Shown piece after piece: positions 50,540 through 63,899 of a stretch of DNA of 64,000 nucleotides. The translations under genes and the position numbers were made by a program. The notes under the pieces were generated by a model. That model was not told the origin of the DNA, searched no databases, and saw nothing but the letters and a program-made list of their open reading frames with translations. Numbering within the stretch: the first letter of the stretch is position 1; each line of letters starts with the position of its first letter. The stretch comes from Anthoceros angustus. Taxonomy: Eukaryota; Plantae; Anthocerotophyta. The DNA is taken from NCBI GenBank assembly GCA_010909165.1, contig MU008153.1:806001-870000 (forward strand). Direction: 5' to 3'.

Positions 50540-52602
50540 CTACAGACTAGCGGCAGCCACCTTGATTTGGGAGATGTCGATGAGGCCGAAGATGGTGTCG
50601 TCCAGGATGGATTTAATGGCTGCCTTCGCTACCTCATCCACACTGACGGGAGGGGCTAGCAACAGGTCCGAGCCGGGTATGGAAGAGAGAGGCTTCAGGA
50701 ACTTCTCCGTGCTGTCCAGCAGCTTTTCAAGCGGCCCACCAATGAGGTTGAGGGGGATATCCACACCGTTTACCCGCCTCTTGCCGTAGATGAAACCTGG
50801 TTGGAGGATGACTCCTAGCCCAGCACAAAGGACAACAACATCAGCAGTGACCTCAGTACCCGAGATGGGCCGGTTCTGTCAACGCACACGTGGATGACAA
50901 TTCAGCTGGGCAAACTCACCATTTCCAGGGAACTTGGAAAGGATGGCTTCCTCGGTTCGTCTTTTCCCCTTGAAGTAACCGTTGTTGAGAGCAAACTCCG
51001 GCAGATTATAGCGGTGTACAGAGACGTAGACAAATTTCGCCACACCTGTTAACAACAAGTGCATACCCCCAATCAGTCTACCGATTCGGACAACCTGGAA
51101 TTCTTACATTACTGCATTACTGAGGAGTAAGGTCCTCACCTGCCTTGCTTGCAGCCTCAACTGCAGCAATGTTGGCATCACCATTGATTCTCTGCATTTG
51201 CTCGTTGGACCCGAAGGCGCCAATACATGAGATCACTCCAGTGACGCCTTGGAGGAGTTCATTCCAGTTAGCGTTGAAGACATCACCTGCACGGTAGCCA
51301 CCGGTGAGATGGAAAACAAACCCTACCATCCTCCTTCAAGCCATATTTCACAACGGACGACTATGCAAGCCTTGACATGCCTGCCAGGATGTGCAACGTG
51401 CAACGATGAGTGATTCAAGACACCCAACGGAGGTGATGACTTGCCTGACACCCATGACACCTGCTCCACCCATGGTTCGGTATACCCGGGCCGTCCAGAT
51501 CTGCATTTGCAATTTCTCAAAATCACATCCTGTTAGGCCGTGTGAGCCGGCATAGGCAATAGATGTAGATCAATAAGCTAAAACATATACCTGTTAAGGC
51601 TCACTACGTCAAGGCCCTGCTCAATTCCGATCCTGCTCACCCGGGAGCCTACGAAACCATTGCCTCCCAATACCAAAATCTGCAATGGCATGCAGAATTA
51701 AAAATAATAGAGCTTCTCTTCCTCATCCTTTCTGTCTTCGTAGTGTGTACAGCAAATTTACTGGAGTTGCCGCTACATCTTCATAGCTTTTCTTCTTCGT
51801 CTTCTTTGATGGTGACAGCAAATTTACTGGAAGCCAAATCATGTGCAGTGGAAACAAAGATGATGCAAAGCGCACCTTCTGTGTCTTCACTTCTGCCTCC
51901 ACATCAATTGGAGCAGCGACGGAAGCTGGTTCAGTTCCTGATGAATAGGAGCAGCTTACTGTCCTCCTAAACAACCAAGCCAGTCGCTCAGTCTCAAACC
52001 CGCAAACAATCAGGAAGTACCGTTCCATACCATTCTCACATCGTACACGCTCGAGTTCCTTCATTAATTTCCGGAATCCAAGAAGAATTCAAGAAAAACA
52101 TCCACAATCCCTGTTATCAGACTGCAGGATTCACGAAGCTGGAACTCACATCCGAAACCTAAAATTCAACTCAGCACCAATACACTCTTAAAATAAAGAA
52201 GAAAGAATCCTTGATCCTCCACACAATTCTCATCACACAAGCACAGAGCGGCAGTCCGACATGCATGCAGCACGGATCTCCCTCAAAGCTCATCTACGCT
52301 CACCAAAGTCCAAAGACAGAAAATGAGGATCGCGAAAAGAGAAACCAGAAGCTCACAAATCCTACCATACACCTGTGACTTCAGGGGAGAGGCTACCAGG
52401 TGGGACCTGATTGCAGCCGGTTGGAGCTCCTGCCATGGCTCAGGCTTTTTCTGTACACCAGAGTCACGAAATTGCGGCTGGCGAAGCCGCGAACGGAAGC
52501 CTGATGGAAGAAACTGGCGGCGGAGGTGCTGGCAGCTCGGCCGACGAAGGAATGCCAGACACACAAGGAAGAAGACGCCGCTCGAGCTGCGCCGGACGCC
52601 AT
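50540..52602 (-). CDS. NAD(P)-binding Rossmann-fold protein, At1g32220-like, with a putative organellar transit peptide
   Basis: ILVLGGNGFVGSRV, SGRPGYTEPWVEQVSWVSG, VISCIGAFGSNEQMQRINGDANIAAV, FVYVSVH..GYFKGKRRTEE, GFIYGKR..IPLNLIGGPL, PPVSVDEVA; N-terminal exon boundaries less certain. Confidence 0.88.
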
Positions 52603-52769
52603 GGCCACAAGATCTTCTGGCTCTTGTTATCCGAAGGCGACAAGTATACAAGTATACGAGGCAACCTTTCGCCACAGGGCAAAACTGCCTCGTCGTATGT
52701 CCACTTCACGCTGCTGTGACTGGCCGAGTATGTATCCATGTACCCGCCTTGAAAACGGGCAACGTGGGC

Positions 52770-55700
52770 ATGGAAGTTGTGCGTTCGGGTGATATGTATG
52801 CATCTGTGCCCGGATCGAGGAATTCCTGGATGGGGAAGGCGGGAGGGATGTTGTCTAGGGTTCATCTGGGCAAGATTTGCTGAAGAAAGTTTGGAGCGGT
52901 TTGGCATTCTGGGAGCAAGATGCAGTCGGATTCGTATAAGCAGCTCTGCCAGAGTCTGCTGGAGCTGCAGAGTGCTGCAGATACTATCTTCGATGTCATC
53001 ACTGACAGGGTAAGATCCGGGGTTTGTTGTTGGGCGGGAGATGCAGTATCTGAGGCGATTTAGGAGCGGGTAGGTGAGATTGTGTGGTGGTGGAAGGGTG
53101 CCCATGTTGGAGAAGAGCTGTGTCTTTTTTGTGGGCGGTTCACGGAATGAGGGGATATTGTGCAGGTTGTGGCAGAGCAGCATGCTGTGAAGAAAGTGTC
53201 GAGAAGAATTAAATCAGCCCGGGTAATTCTTGCCTGGAGATGGAATTCTGGGCTCATGGCATCGTGCTTGGTTTCAGGAACTTGCATTGAAGGTGCCTTT
53301 GGTGGTGGCAGAGCAAGTTGGACACGATTGCTGGGAGCAAGCGGGCTATAACCATGTTTTCAAGTGCCAAGTACCCTGCTGTTGCTCCGGAGCAGGCAGA
53401 TTTTGCTCCCTTGTTTGGTGGAAACAAAGCAGGTGATCACAAAATGCTGCCTGCTGTCAGCATGAACCTGACGACGGTATCAGGGCAGGTATTTTTGCAC
53501 ATATCCAATCCTGTTGGACGTCTGTTTTCCTTGTCAGCAGCATGTTGGGCAACATGACAACGGACGATGCTGTTCATGTTCCAGGAGAACGGGGATCAAG
53601 GTGCTCTAGAGCTTTTTCGGTTTTTCTTGGAGACTAGTCATGAGTGCTGGCCGACTTACCGGAAGCCGAAGGTAACAGACCAAGGGCGTGGAGTTTGGCT
53701 TTTCAGGACCTGAAATTTGTGTGCTCAATGCCTGCTCTACCTCACCAGGAAGGAATCGGTGGAGTACCACCCCATGTTAAGTCGGTGGCAGATATCATGC
53801 TGTTCAACTCCACCGAGCTTCCTTATCACAAGTGGGTAGATCTACTGGAAATTTGTCGTTAGCGGAGCATGCAAAGATGGTTCTCATTCCGCTTGGTCGA
53901 ATGATTCAGGTATAGGGTGGTGGACAACCTCGCTGGTGCAGATCAGCCGGTTCAGGAGGAGGCTCAAAGCCAACCAGCCTTACCAGCTCCTCCTCAAAGT
54001 GTTCTTCATGGAGGCTCCATGGTAAGTATGCTAGCTCTGCTGGTGCATGCAATCAGTGTATATCTTGTTTTCGTCGGCCTTGGTCAACAGCAACAGCAGC
54101 AGTGGAAATGTTTAGAGATTCATTCAGGACGACTCCTTTGCAGCATGCAGCTGGGATCGATCAGTATGGCTTCAAGCCCACTGTTCGGCAGGTCCCGTCT
54201 TTCAGCCTTCCTCCCATTCTGCCTGACCTGCCGATGGTCGCAGACATAAGCTGGACTGGTACGAAGCGCCCCTGGTCTCTGCAGATGCAGATGAATGCAA
54301 ATTATAGGCACCCAATGCGATTCTTGACATTAATGAGTGCTTCCACCAGGTTCTCAAAGTGGGATGGATGACGGTCCATCGATAGCGCCATCAGCAGCTC
54401 AGAGTGGCTCCTCACCCAGAAAAGCTGGTACCCGATGGTTCTTGGTTTCTGGGCCCTTTGCCATTGGTCGTTGGTGTTTCTGGCAACCCTGAGGTTAGCA
54501 GGGGTGTTGCAGGTTCAATGAAAAGCTTTGTTACAACATCATCCAGATCATTCAGGACTGCGTCAAGGGGTCCAGCCAGGCCTGTCAAACCCCTGGATCC
54601 ACAACAAGGAACCAGTGCTCCTAGAGGTGAGCAGCAAGCGATACATTCCGAGTTCTGGATCAGCTTCTGCATGTGTTGTGGCGATGCATCTCCTTGGCAC
54701 TGATCTGCTGTTGTCTCAGCAGCTGAGGATTTATTTGCACGACAGTCCGAGGACAAATCGCCACACCAGCAAGAGAATGGGAAGCAGGAAAAAGTGCAAC
54801 CAGCTCCACCTCCTCCACCTCCATTGCCTCCTCCCTTGCCTCCCTTATCAGTCCGGTCATCCCCTGTAAAACCAGCTGACAAAGCTGGTAGCTCTGATAC
54901 TCCACGAGAGACTGGCCATCCTAGCAGGAATGTGCTCACGTCAGGGAAGTCCAGACAATCTGAGAGTGCTTTGGCTTCAGCTCCTGTGGTACCTGCCCTT
55001 GGTAAGAATTGGAGTTTCTCTGGCATTTGCTGTGTGGGATCTACAACTTTCAGCCAACCCCAAATAAATCGAGGCTGCGTGGACTTGCAGATACTCAGCG
55101 TGCAGCACTCATGGCTTCAATCCGCTCACCTGGCATCAAGCTGCGTAAGGTACATCTCATACATGAATGAAAGTGAGAATCTGTTGGGTTCCTCGGTGGG
55201 CTAATTTGTCGCTGAGCTTTGCAGACTGGACCCACAAAGGATTTGTCAGCCTCTTCAGAGAAGCTTGTGACATCAACCAAACAAAGCTCAGGGTCCCGAG
55301 CTTCAGACAAGGAAGGCCCTTCATCATCTCAGACTCAGGTTATCATGGCAGGACACCATTCCAGCTGGTCGTGTTGATGATCAACCAATTTGGCGAACTA
55401 AAGCTGTTCACATGTCCTTTGCAGCCTGTCGATGTCCTCGCCGAGATGGCTTCCAGCTTGAAAATGCGAAGGCTGGCAATGAAAGGTGCCAGCCATGACA
55501 AGGTATCTAGTCATGACATGGATCCTCAACCGGATTCACTCTAGAAATAGCTGAACAACTGGAGACCTCTTGTGCAAACCAGGTGTAACTACTAGTGCCC
55601 ATTCTGTGCAGCCTGTGATCAAGGCAGTCCAGGAAGAAAGCTCGGTGGAGCCTAAGAAGTCAAGTGAAGCCGGCAGGTTTGATCCTCACTAGCTTGGGAA

Positions 55701-55973
55701 CTGGGCTGCTCTTGGATGACTGTGAATTGCCTTCAACGTCATTTGAATAACAGAACCTGTGGTTTGGTATTGGTGGCGGACACCACGACCCGCAGTGGAA
55801 CTTTCACTCTTCCGGTGAGCAACATTATCAAACTCAAGCTCTATTGTTTACAACAAGTTTGTGGTTTCAAGCAATTGAAATTCTTCCCTGTGTGGATCCA
55901 GATCACAAAGCTACATGCTTACATTGCACGGAAGAATGCAGAGCTAAGCGATGACGACGAGTGGGGGGAATGA
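52770..55973 (+). CDS. WASHC1: WASH complex subunit 1 (WASP-family Arp2/3 nucleation-promoting factor), ~14 exons
   Basis: WAHD: LCQSLLELQSAADTIFDVI, KLDTIAGSKRAITMFSSAKYP, GIGGVPPHVKSVADIMLFNSTELPYHKYRVVDNLAG, YGFKPTVRQVPSFSLPPILPDLP, PSIAPS; poly-Pro; WH2 RAALMASIRSPGIKLRK (55091-55149); C DVLAEMASSLKMRRLAM (55425-55502); A ELSDDDEWGE*; splice phases consistent; start either 52770 or 52920. Confidence 0.9.
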
Positions 55974-57120
55974 GTTTCGTGCCCTAGGAGGTTTGCTTGA
56001 TATGCTTCGGATTGTCTGGTTTCTGATTCAGCAGGCCCCACAACTACAACAGTTCCAACATCATTTGTCCTGTTAGCATCTTCGTCTTCCACTGTCACTT
56101 CCGTCGGAAGATGCGCGCTAACCTCACGTCCCGTGAGAGGACTGGCTAGGTCGGTGGCCGGTGGCCGGTCGGCTCTATAACTAATGATCGTCTACTCAAA
56201 TAACCCACATTCTCTTCTCTGCTACTTTGGTCGTGCAGCATGTCTACCTAGTCCGTCTGCTTTGACCTAACTGTAAACCCTAAACCCTGGAGCTGAGGGA
56301 GAAAGCTTCACAATGCCTGGAGATGTGGCCCCAGATGCAAACGCTTTCTTTGATGCTGTCGTGTTTCAAATGCAAAATCTTGAGTCCGCCGACTCTTGCC
56401 ATACAAGATACTGGCGCAGTGTGTCAAATGTGTTCCGTGATGTTGAAATATGTTCGCATCCTCAGGCTGTAAAAACCCTTAGAACCCTGCAGATGACATG
56501 TAAAACAGAGTTTCGTGGGGAGCGTGTTGTCCTGAGTGCTTACCGGGCGATGCTGCGGAACTGTGTAGCAAATTCTCAAGCTCTTTTGCAACAGGAAGTG
56601 CCCCGTCTTAGCCTTATTGTCGGATTTGATATATAGGGATAGGGATCTACACTGGGGATCGGCAGGGCATCCAGTTCACACGAGGACGTGATCAACAGCT
56701 GGGAACTGACACCGCTTTGGATTTGGCACTTTCTGGTTCACGATCTACAGCAGGGGGGCCTTGTGAAGCCTGTGGTGTAACTGGAGATTGTCATGGAATG
56801 GTGCTGTCGTGCCTCAACTGTTTCTTGCCAGGATTTCCACTGTACCGGGTTTGAGTATGAAACTAGCGTTCCTGTATCCCTAGCAAAGACACGTGGGGGA
56901 ACATGCACCCTTGCAGTGTCAGATCCTCCCGAGCTAGTGCTTCACAGAGCCTAGTACTTGTTTAACAACGGGTATCGGATGCTTATCACATCTTCAGGAA
57001 CAACTGTGAGGACTTCGCCATTTATTCTAAGACTGGACTGCTCGTCAGTCAAAGGAGTGTGATGGGACGAAGTGGACAGGCGGCATCCATACTTGGGGCC
57101 CCTTTTGCTCCAGCTTCATT

Positions 57121-57226
57121 ATTAAGAGCTGCTAGGTGTGCAAAACATTAAGAGCTGCTCGGTGTGCAAAAAATTAAGAGCTGCTAGGTATGCAAAAAAT
57201 TAAGAGCTGCTAGGAGTGCAAAAAAA
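57121..57226. repeat. 26-27-bp tandem repeat x4
   Basis: ATTAAGAGCTGCT(A/C)GG(T/A)(G/A)TGCAAAA units. Confidence 0.9.
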
Positions 57227-57369
57227 TGATGTGTGTAGGTGACGTGTCTGAACGTCTTGTGTCTGTCCTTGCGTGACACGGTGCAATATCGTCTAGCCGG
57301 TCCATTTGGCTGTGTGCCTACGTGAGCCTGTCGTTACTGAACAAGTGGCCTAACACAAAACCGAATAAC

Positions 57370-57900
57370 TTATGAGAGTGCACCTACCGGCCCTTCTGCT
57401 GAGGCATTCGCAAGGCAGGCGAAAGAAAAAGCGTTAGCTTCAAGCTGAACCTCTTGCTTATGTAGTCCGTACAGCACCAATGTCTCTTGGCCGAGCCCTA
57501 GTGGCGCATACCCAATAATCAATGTCTCTTGGCCGAGCACTAGTTGTGCATGCCCAACAATCACATGACCAATGTCGAGCCCTAGTTGTGCATACCCAAC
57601 AATCACAGCACCACTGTCTCTTGGCCGAGCACTAGTTGTGCATGCCCAACAATCACATGATCAATGTCGAGCCCTAGTAGTGCATACCCAACAATCACAG
57701 CACCAATGTCTCTTGGCCAAGCACTAGTTGTGCATACCCAATTACAATCAGCATTGTTGATGTCTCGGCATCTACGAATCTAAATCTGTGATAAAATGTC
57801 CTGCCAAATCCGCTGCTCCGTTTAATACTACATTAGGCTCATACCTGAAGACCTCTAAAAAGATTCTCTTCCCCGAGGTTGTGTCACTCCTGCTCAACAA
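57370..57900 (-). pseudogene. PPR relic in which half of a P motif has become a minisatellite
   Basis: IVGYAQLGL / IVGHAQLVLGQETL repeats (57480-57750), then GLGQETLVLYGLHKQEVQLEANAFSFACLANAS. Confidence 0.7.
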
Positions 57901-59385
57901 CTTGCAATGAATGGCATAGGACAACTTTTTAGACGTCGCAGTGTGTACAATAGTTGTTGCCATGTTGATAGGTTATTGCAGGCCAGCCCTGTCTTATCCA
58001 AGTTTTCAAGGATCCCAGGAGTTAGCTGAAAACTTTTAACTTGGGCTGTGTGTAACTTTGGCTAGGAAGGCGGTTATATTGGACTGCTTAATGCAAAATG
58101 AGTGAAGCATTAGTGTACATGAAGGGCTGATGCCCAAACCTTGTGTGCTCGTAACGGTATGAAGGGCTGATGCTCAACACTAAAAGAATAAGGGTGCTTT
58201 TACAATGCATGTTACAATGCCATTTAGAAAGGGTTTTAATCACATGTTGTAAATCAGGGCATTGTAGTGGATGCGTCCAAAACAGTTAGGAGGCGTGTAG
58301 TTTGTCCAGCCTGAAATCATAGATTATGAGCCATTTCAGATAGTCCCTAGAGGTTCGGGTTCAGGGTTGGGTACAAAGCACTATGCCACATCATTGGGTG
58401 CACCATGTCAGCGTGCCACATCACTGTGGCCTTGGCACATTAGCATTTCTAGATATGCCGCATTTGCAATGCGTATTTTAAAACAATATTTACAAACCAG
58501 GGAGCAACGCACTTAACAAAGCGTCATCACAAGCAAGTTACAAGGGGAATAACGTTAAATTTAACATCGGGAATAGTGTGGGTTACCATACCGTGGTTAA
58601 TAAACCAGAGTTGGGCTAACTAGAGTATACTAATCATGGTTACCTAACCAGAGTTACTTAACTTGGATGCATAGTTGATCACGTTGTTCTTCGCGGTGGC
58701 TAGGTGCGCTGTAAATTTGGATAAATAAATATTTTATAATATATAATTTATATAAAAATAAATATACTAATTATCAAAAATATAATTGTAGACCCAAATA
58801 TTTTGAATATTAACATCTAGGGTTTCAGGGTCTAGTTTTACACCGGGAAATAACTGCCGACGGTGTCAAAACACTAAATATGCAGAAGCGAGAGATCTCG
58901 TGAACTAAAACCTCAAAGCTAAAAGATCTACGTGACTAGTGCAACTACAGTTCCAAGATTGGAAATAGCAAACCATAAACCTCATCTGGGTGCACCCCGA
59001 AATACCAAAACTCTGTGCATCTACTGATCGGGTTAAACAATGTCCCCATAGCCACATCGCCGCCTTCTACACAAACAAAGAAACTGAGTGCTTGACAGAC
59101 GATAGCATTTCAAAAGCACAAGGTAATTAATTGATCTTACCATCTATGAAGTGCTTTGACATGCCTACACTGCCCGGATAGGTAACAAAACTCATAGAAT
59201 GTATGAAATTCAAGCTTCTGCACCATTAATAGTCCCTGCAGACCACACACTGCAAGATCAATGCACTGAAATGGAGTGTCAAATCAAGAGCTGCGATGAA
59301 AGCAAAAAAGAAGCATGCGTGCAGGACATGCCCCACCACTAGGCTTATGCACCCCCTGGGCAAGTTCTTCAGCCTACGCTACAGT

Positions 59386-62300
59386 CACATGTGGTTCCCT
59401 CGCCAATTCCACGTAGGTCAAACATCAGGTAGCATATGGTTCACAAGGAAGCCATCATCCACCACTTGTTTGTGCAGGGTGGCCTTCATAACCTTCATGT
59501 CCACTATATCCAATGCAAGGCCAGATTTGGTGTACTTTTTCCACAAAACTGATGCCTTCATCATTTTACCTGAGGTGTCATGTAGCGAACCCTCCTCCTG
59601 CACAAGCATATTCTTCCCTTTTCCAAAATCATCGAGCTTTCTGTGCCAGCTTCTTTTGCGCGTTCTAACAACCTCTTCCTCTCTTGAACCGGCCATAAAA
59701 TTGCCTCATGACGGCCACAAGACCCCCAAATGCCGAGATGGGAATAAGGCTTGGCCACCGTAGCATTCTTCCTTTCCCGAGCACACTGCATCTGCTGACT
59801 TTCAGGGACCTCATGTGCCAACTTCTTCCTCTCAACCTCCAACAATAATTCCAATTACTTGGAATCCACTGTCTTGTTCACATATTGCCCACCTTTCTTA
59901 GAAGACAAAAGTCCCTAGCACTCCTAACAGTGTTATACTTCCACCAACATACCATCTTAGTCATAATCTGATCAACAATTTTGTTCATGTTCCAAGGCCC
60001 ACCAATCTCTACCTTGACAGTTGACTTAACCAACCTTTTAGTCACGTCCAGCTCCATCCAATAATTTCCAATGATTAGATTCATGAATTTGCACATAACC
60101 TAGTGCATCCTCCTCTTTAGCCTTCTGTGTGATGGGTCTCTTCTACAACTCAACCTGCACAAAAGGACGCGACATCAAGTCAATCCATGGACGAAAAAAT
60201 CACCAATAATAAAGACTGGACTTAGTGCAAATAATATCATGAGATCTTCACTAAGTCTTCCCAGCTGTTCTCTACCTTGCCGTTGTCAACTCCCTCCGCC
60301 ATACCCTCCTTCAGTAGAGCTGCAATAGTCGAGGACTGTTGGGCAAGACGTATCGCCTCCCGCTGCTCTTTCAGCCACTTGCTGATCCTATTGCGCTTCA
60401 CTCCTTCATGCGCAGAGACGGGAGCTTCCTTGGGAGCAGCCCAGGGCCTCAAGCCATACCAACTCCTTCTTCAACGGCCCCGACGCCCGATTCCTCATCG
60501 ATTGTCGGCTCGATCCACCTCCCCGCGCCCTCTTGCTCGATCCGCTTGTCGCTGCCATCATTCTCAATCCGCTTCGTGATTAGGGCATGATCCACTTGCT
60601 GCCCCAGCGCAGATCTTGTTCATGTTGCCGCCTGCTCGATCGGGTTCGCCGCCGCCTTCTCGGTCCCGACCGCTACCTCCGCGACCGCATGGTTGCAGAG
60701 GGGTGTCGGCCAAAGATCATCACCGCACTACCGCTACCTAGGATGGCCATGGATGCGGCTTTGCCACCGGGAGGCGATCCATTAGTCTCTTCGATGAGCG
60801 GACTCGCCGGCTCGTCATTGTGAATATTATGCGATCCAATGTCATGCACATCCGCACCCATCTCGGCCGATGTCGGCTTCTTCCTTCCTCTTGAAGACTT
60901 CCTTGGTTGAGGAGTTGATCTTACCGCAACCCTTTTGGCGCCCTTCTACCCTTTTACTTCCCACTTCTCTTGCAAGTTCTCTACTCCATCACCCAAGACG
61001 GCCTATGCCGCCACATACCTACTCTCCACAACCACCCCCATGGCCACTCCACATGTGGTTCCTCGCCAATTCCACGTAGGTCAAACATCGTAGCATATGG
61101 TTCACCATCATCCACCACTTGTTTGTGCAGGTGGCCTTCATAACCTTCATGTCCACTATATCCAATGCAAGGCCGATTGGTGTACTTTTTCCACAAACCG
61201 ATGCCTTCATCATTTTACCTCGAGGTGTCTTAACCCTCCTCCCCGCACAAGCATATTCTTCCCTTTTCCAAAATCATCGAGCTTTCTGTGCCAACTTCTT
61301 TTGCGCGTTCTAACAACCTCTTCCTCTCTTGAACCGGCCATAAAATTGCCTCATGACGGCCACAAGACCCCCAAATGCCGAGATGGGAATAAGGCTTGGC
61401 CACCGTAGCATTCTTCCTTTCCCGAGCACACTGCATCTGCTGACTTTCAGGGACCTCATGTGCCAACTTCTTCCTCTCAACCTCCAACAATAATTCCAAT
61501 TACTTGGAATCCACTGTCTTGTTCACATATTGCCCACCTTTCTTAGAAGACAAAAGTCCCTAGCACTCCTAACAGTGTTATACTTCCACCAACATACCAT
61601 CTTAGTCATAATCTGATCAACAATTTTGTTCATGTTCCAAGGCCCACCAATCTCTACCTTGACAGTTGACTTAACCAACCTTTTAGTCACGTCCAGCTCC
61701 ATCCAATAATTTCCAATGATTAGATTCATGAATTTGCACATAACCTAGTGCATCCTCCTCTTTAGCCTTCTGTGTGATGGGTCTCTTCTACAACTCAACC
61801 TGCACAAAAGGACGCGACATCAAGTCAATCCATGGACGAAAAAATCACCAATAATAAAGACTGGACTTAGTGCAAATAATATCATGAGATCTTCACTAAG
61901 TCTTCCCAGCTGTTCTCTACCTTGCCGTTGTCAACTCCCTCCGCCATACCCTCCTTCGAGCTGCAATAGTCGAGGACTGTTGGGCAAGACGTATCGCCTC
62001 CCGCTGCTCTTTCAGCCACTTGCTGATCCTATTGCGCTTCACTCCTTCATGCGCAGAGACGGGAGCTTCCTTGGGAGCAGCCCCGAGGGCCTCAACTGTC
62101 ATACCAACTCCTTCTTCAACGGCCCTGCACGCCCCTGATTCCTCATCGATTGTCGTGCCTGATCCACCTCCTGCGGCCCTCTTGCTCGATCCGTTTGCTG
62201 TTGCCATCATTCTCAATCCGCTTGCTGCATTCGCTGGGCATGATCCACTTGCTGCCCCCGCAGCGCAGGATCTTGTTCATGTTGCCGCCGTGCTCGATCG

Positions 62301-62733
62301 GGTTGCTGTCGCCGCCTTCTCTGGTCCCGGACCGCTACCTCCTGCGACCGCATGGTTGCAGAGGGGTGTCGGGCCAGCATCATCAGCCTGCACCAGCTCT
62401 GCTACCTAGGATGGCCATGGATGCGGCTTTGCCAGCTGGGAGGCAGTCCACATTAGTCTCTTCGATGAGCGGACTCCTGTCGGCTCGTCATTGTGAATAT
62501 TGTACGATCCAATGTCATGCACATCTGCAGACCCATCTCGGCCGATGTCGGCTTCTTCCTTCCTCTTGAAGACTTCCTTGGTTGAGGAGTTGATCTTACC
62601 GCAACCCTTTTTGGGCGCCCCTTCTTACCCTTTTTTACTTCCCACTTCTCTTGCAAGTTCTCTACTCCATCACCCAGCACGGCCTATGCCGCCGCCACAT
62701 ACCTACTCTCCACAACCACCCCCATGGCCACTC
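59386..62733 (-). mobile_element. Decayed, probably LINE-derived sequence, tandemly duplicated (59386-61048 and 61049-62733)
   Basis: Duplication is directly visible (offset ~1645-1665); SREEEVVRTRKRSWHRKLDD...LVQEEGSLHDTSGKMMKASV resembles the L1 endonuclease-RT linker; the LINE call is weak. Confidence 0.45.
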
Positions 62734-63554
62734 CCTGATGTGATTCACTGCCGACTGCAGTGTTGATTGCGGACTTCCCAGACAATATTCTTGCTGTTGC
62801 AAGCTTCCTGGTGTCTTTGTCGGGCTCACGATGGAACACCAGCGACTGGACATGCACAAGCTTCTTCCCCCTATGAGGCATCTAAGAACCAAGGTGGTTG
62901 TGGTCAGTAGGTGTGTTGAAGGTGGAGCCATGGTCAAGGCCAAAGCGCTAGTGTCGTAGCAACTCCAAAACTAAGTCAGTCTCTCTAACTCCCTGGCAGC
63001 GACGTCACGCTCTACCGTATGTTGTAGATGTGCGGAAAACAAGGCTGTAAATGGGGGAGTTTACCTCAACAATGGGGCTGACGAAGCGGTTACTAAAGTA
63101 CTTGGGAAAGAGCGTGTTCGGCAGCAAATGACCTCAGCCAAGTTCTCATGCACAGAAAACGGGATGACGTTACACGGGACACCCACGGCTGCACACCCTA
63201 GCGTCACTTTGTCAGCACGATGAACTGCAGCCTGTTCTGCACTAGAGAGCAATGTGAACCATGGTACCTTGTGACTTACTCCAGCGGCACCCAAGTCGAG
63301 GATGCCTGCAACAACCGAATGCCAGATACTTCACCGGATAAACAGTGGGGCTAAAAAGAGGCATTTGCATGGTTCAAACGGCTTCCTTTATCCAAGCGGC
63401 GAACCAAATAGCCTGGAATTTCCCGCCCATCATGCCCCTATTAATCCCGCCCAATGCCTGAAAATCGCCGCAAACGATTCTCCCTGATTGCACCTAAATT
63501 CCTTGCGCCCAAATTGCCAAACGCTTGCAAAGTTCAAGCTCATTTGGTTACCCT

Positions 63555-63715
63555 AAGCCAAGCTAGTCTGGTCAAGTTTGGTTAAGTTTAGCTAGTGTGA
63601 TTAAGTTTGGTTGAGTTTAGCTAGTGTGGCTAAGTTTTGTTGAGTTTGGCTAGTTTGGTTAAGTTTGGGGTTAAGCTTGGTTAAGTTTGGGGTTAAGCTT
63701 GGTTAAGTTTGGGGC
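63555..63715. repeat. Degenerate short-unit array (AAGTTTGGTT / AAGTTTGGGGTTAAGCTTGGTT)
   Basis: Directly visible. Confidence 0.8.
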
Positions 63716-63899
63716 AGAAGTTCGTATGCGCTTGCAAACCTCTGGTTTAGGGTTTGCAGGTCTCTCCCACCTCAAGTTTATCGCTAATGGCGTAGCCTAT
63801 GGACTTGAACCCTAGTTGTACTCTCTTCCGAATAGTGCAACCTATAATGAAATTAACCCAGGTTTATGAGAGTCCTATGTATACGGACATTTTTTTTCG

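Noticed and set aside
52464-53183. 239-aa minus-strand ORF
   Set aside because: Antisense shadow over WASH1 exons and the shared promoter region.
52770-55973. SCAR/WAVE as the identity of the VCA gene
   Set aside because: Lacks the SCAR homology domain (RNEYxL, QLGDLAEFA); the N-terminus carries WASH-specific motifs instead.
56313-56636. 107-aa ORF after a telobox-like AAACCCTAAACCCT (~56275)
   Set aside because: Could be a small gene, but has no recognisable motif or support.
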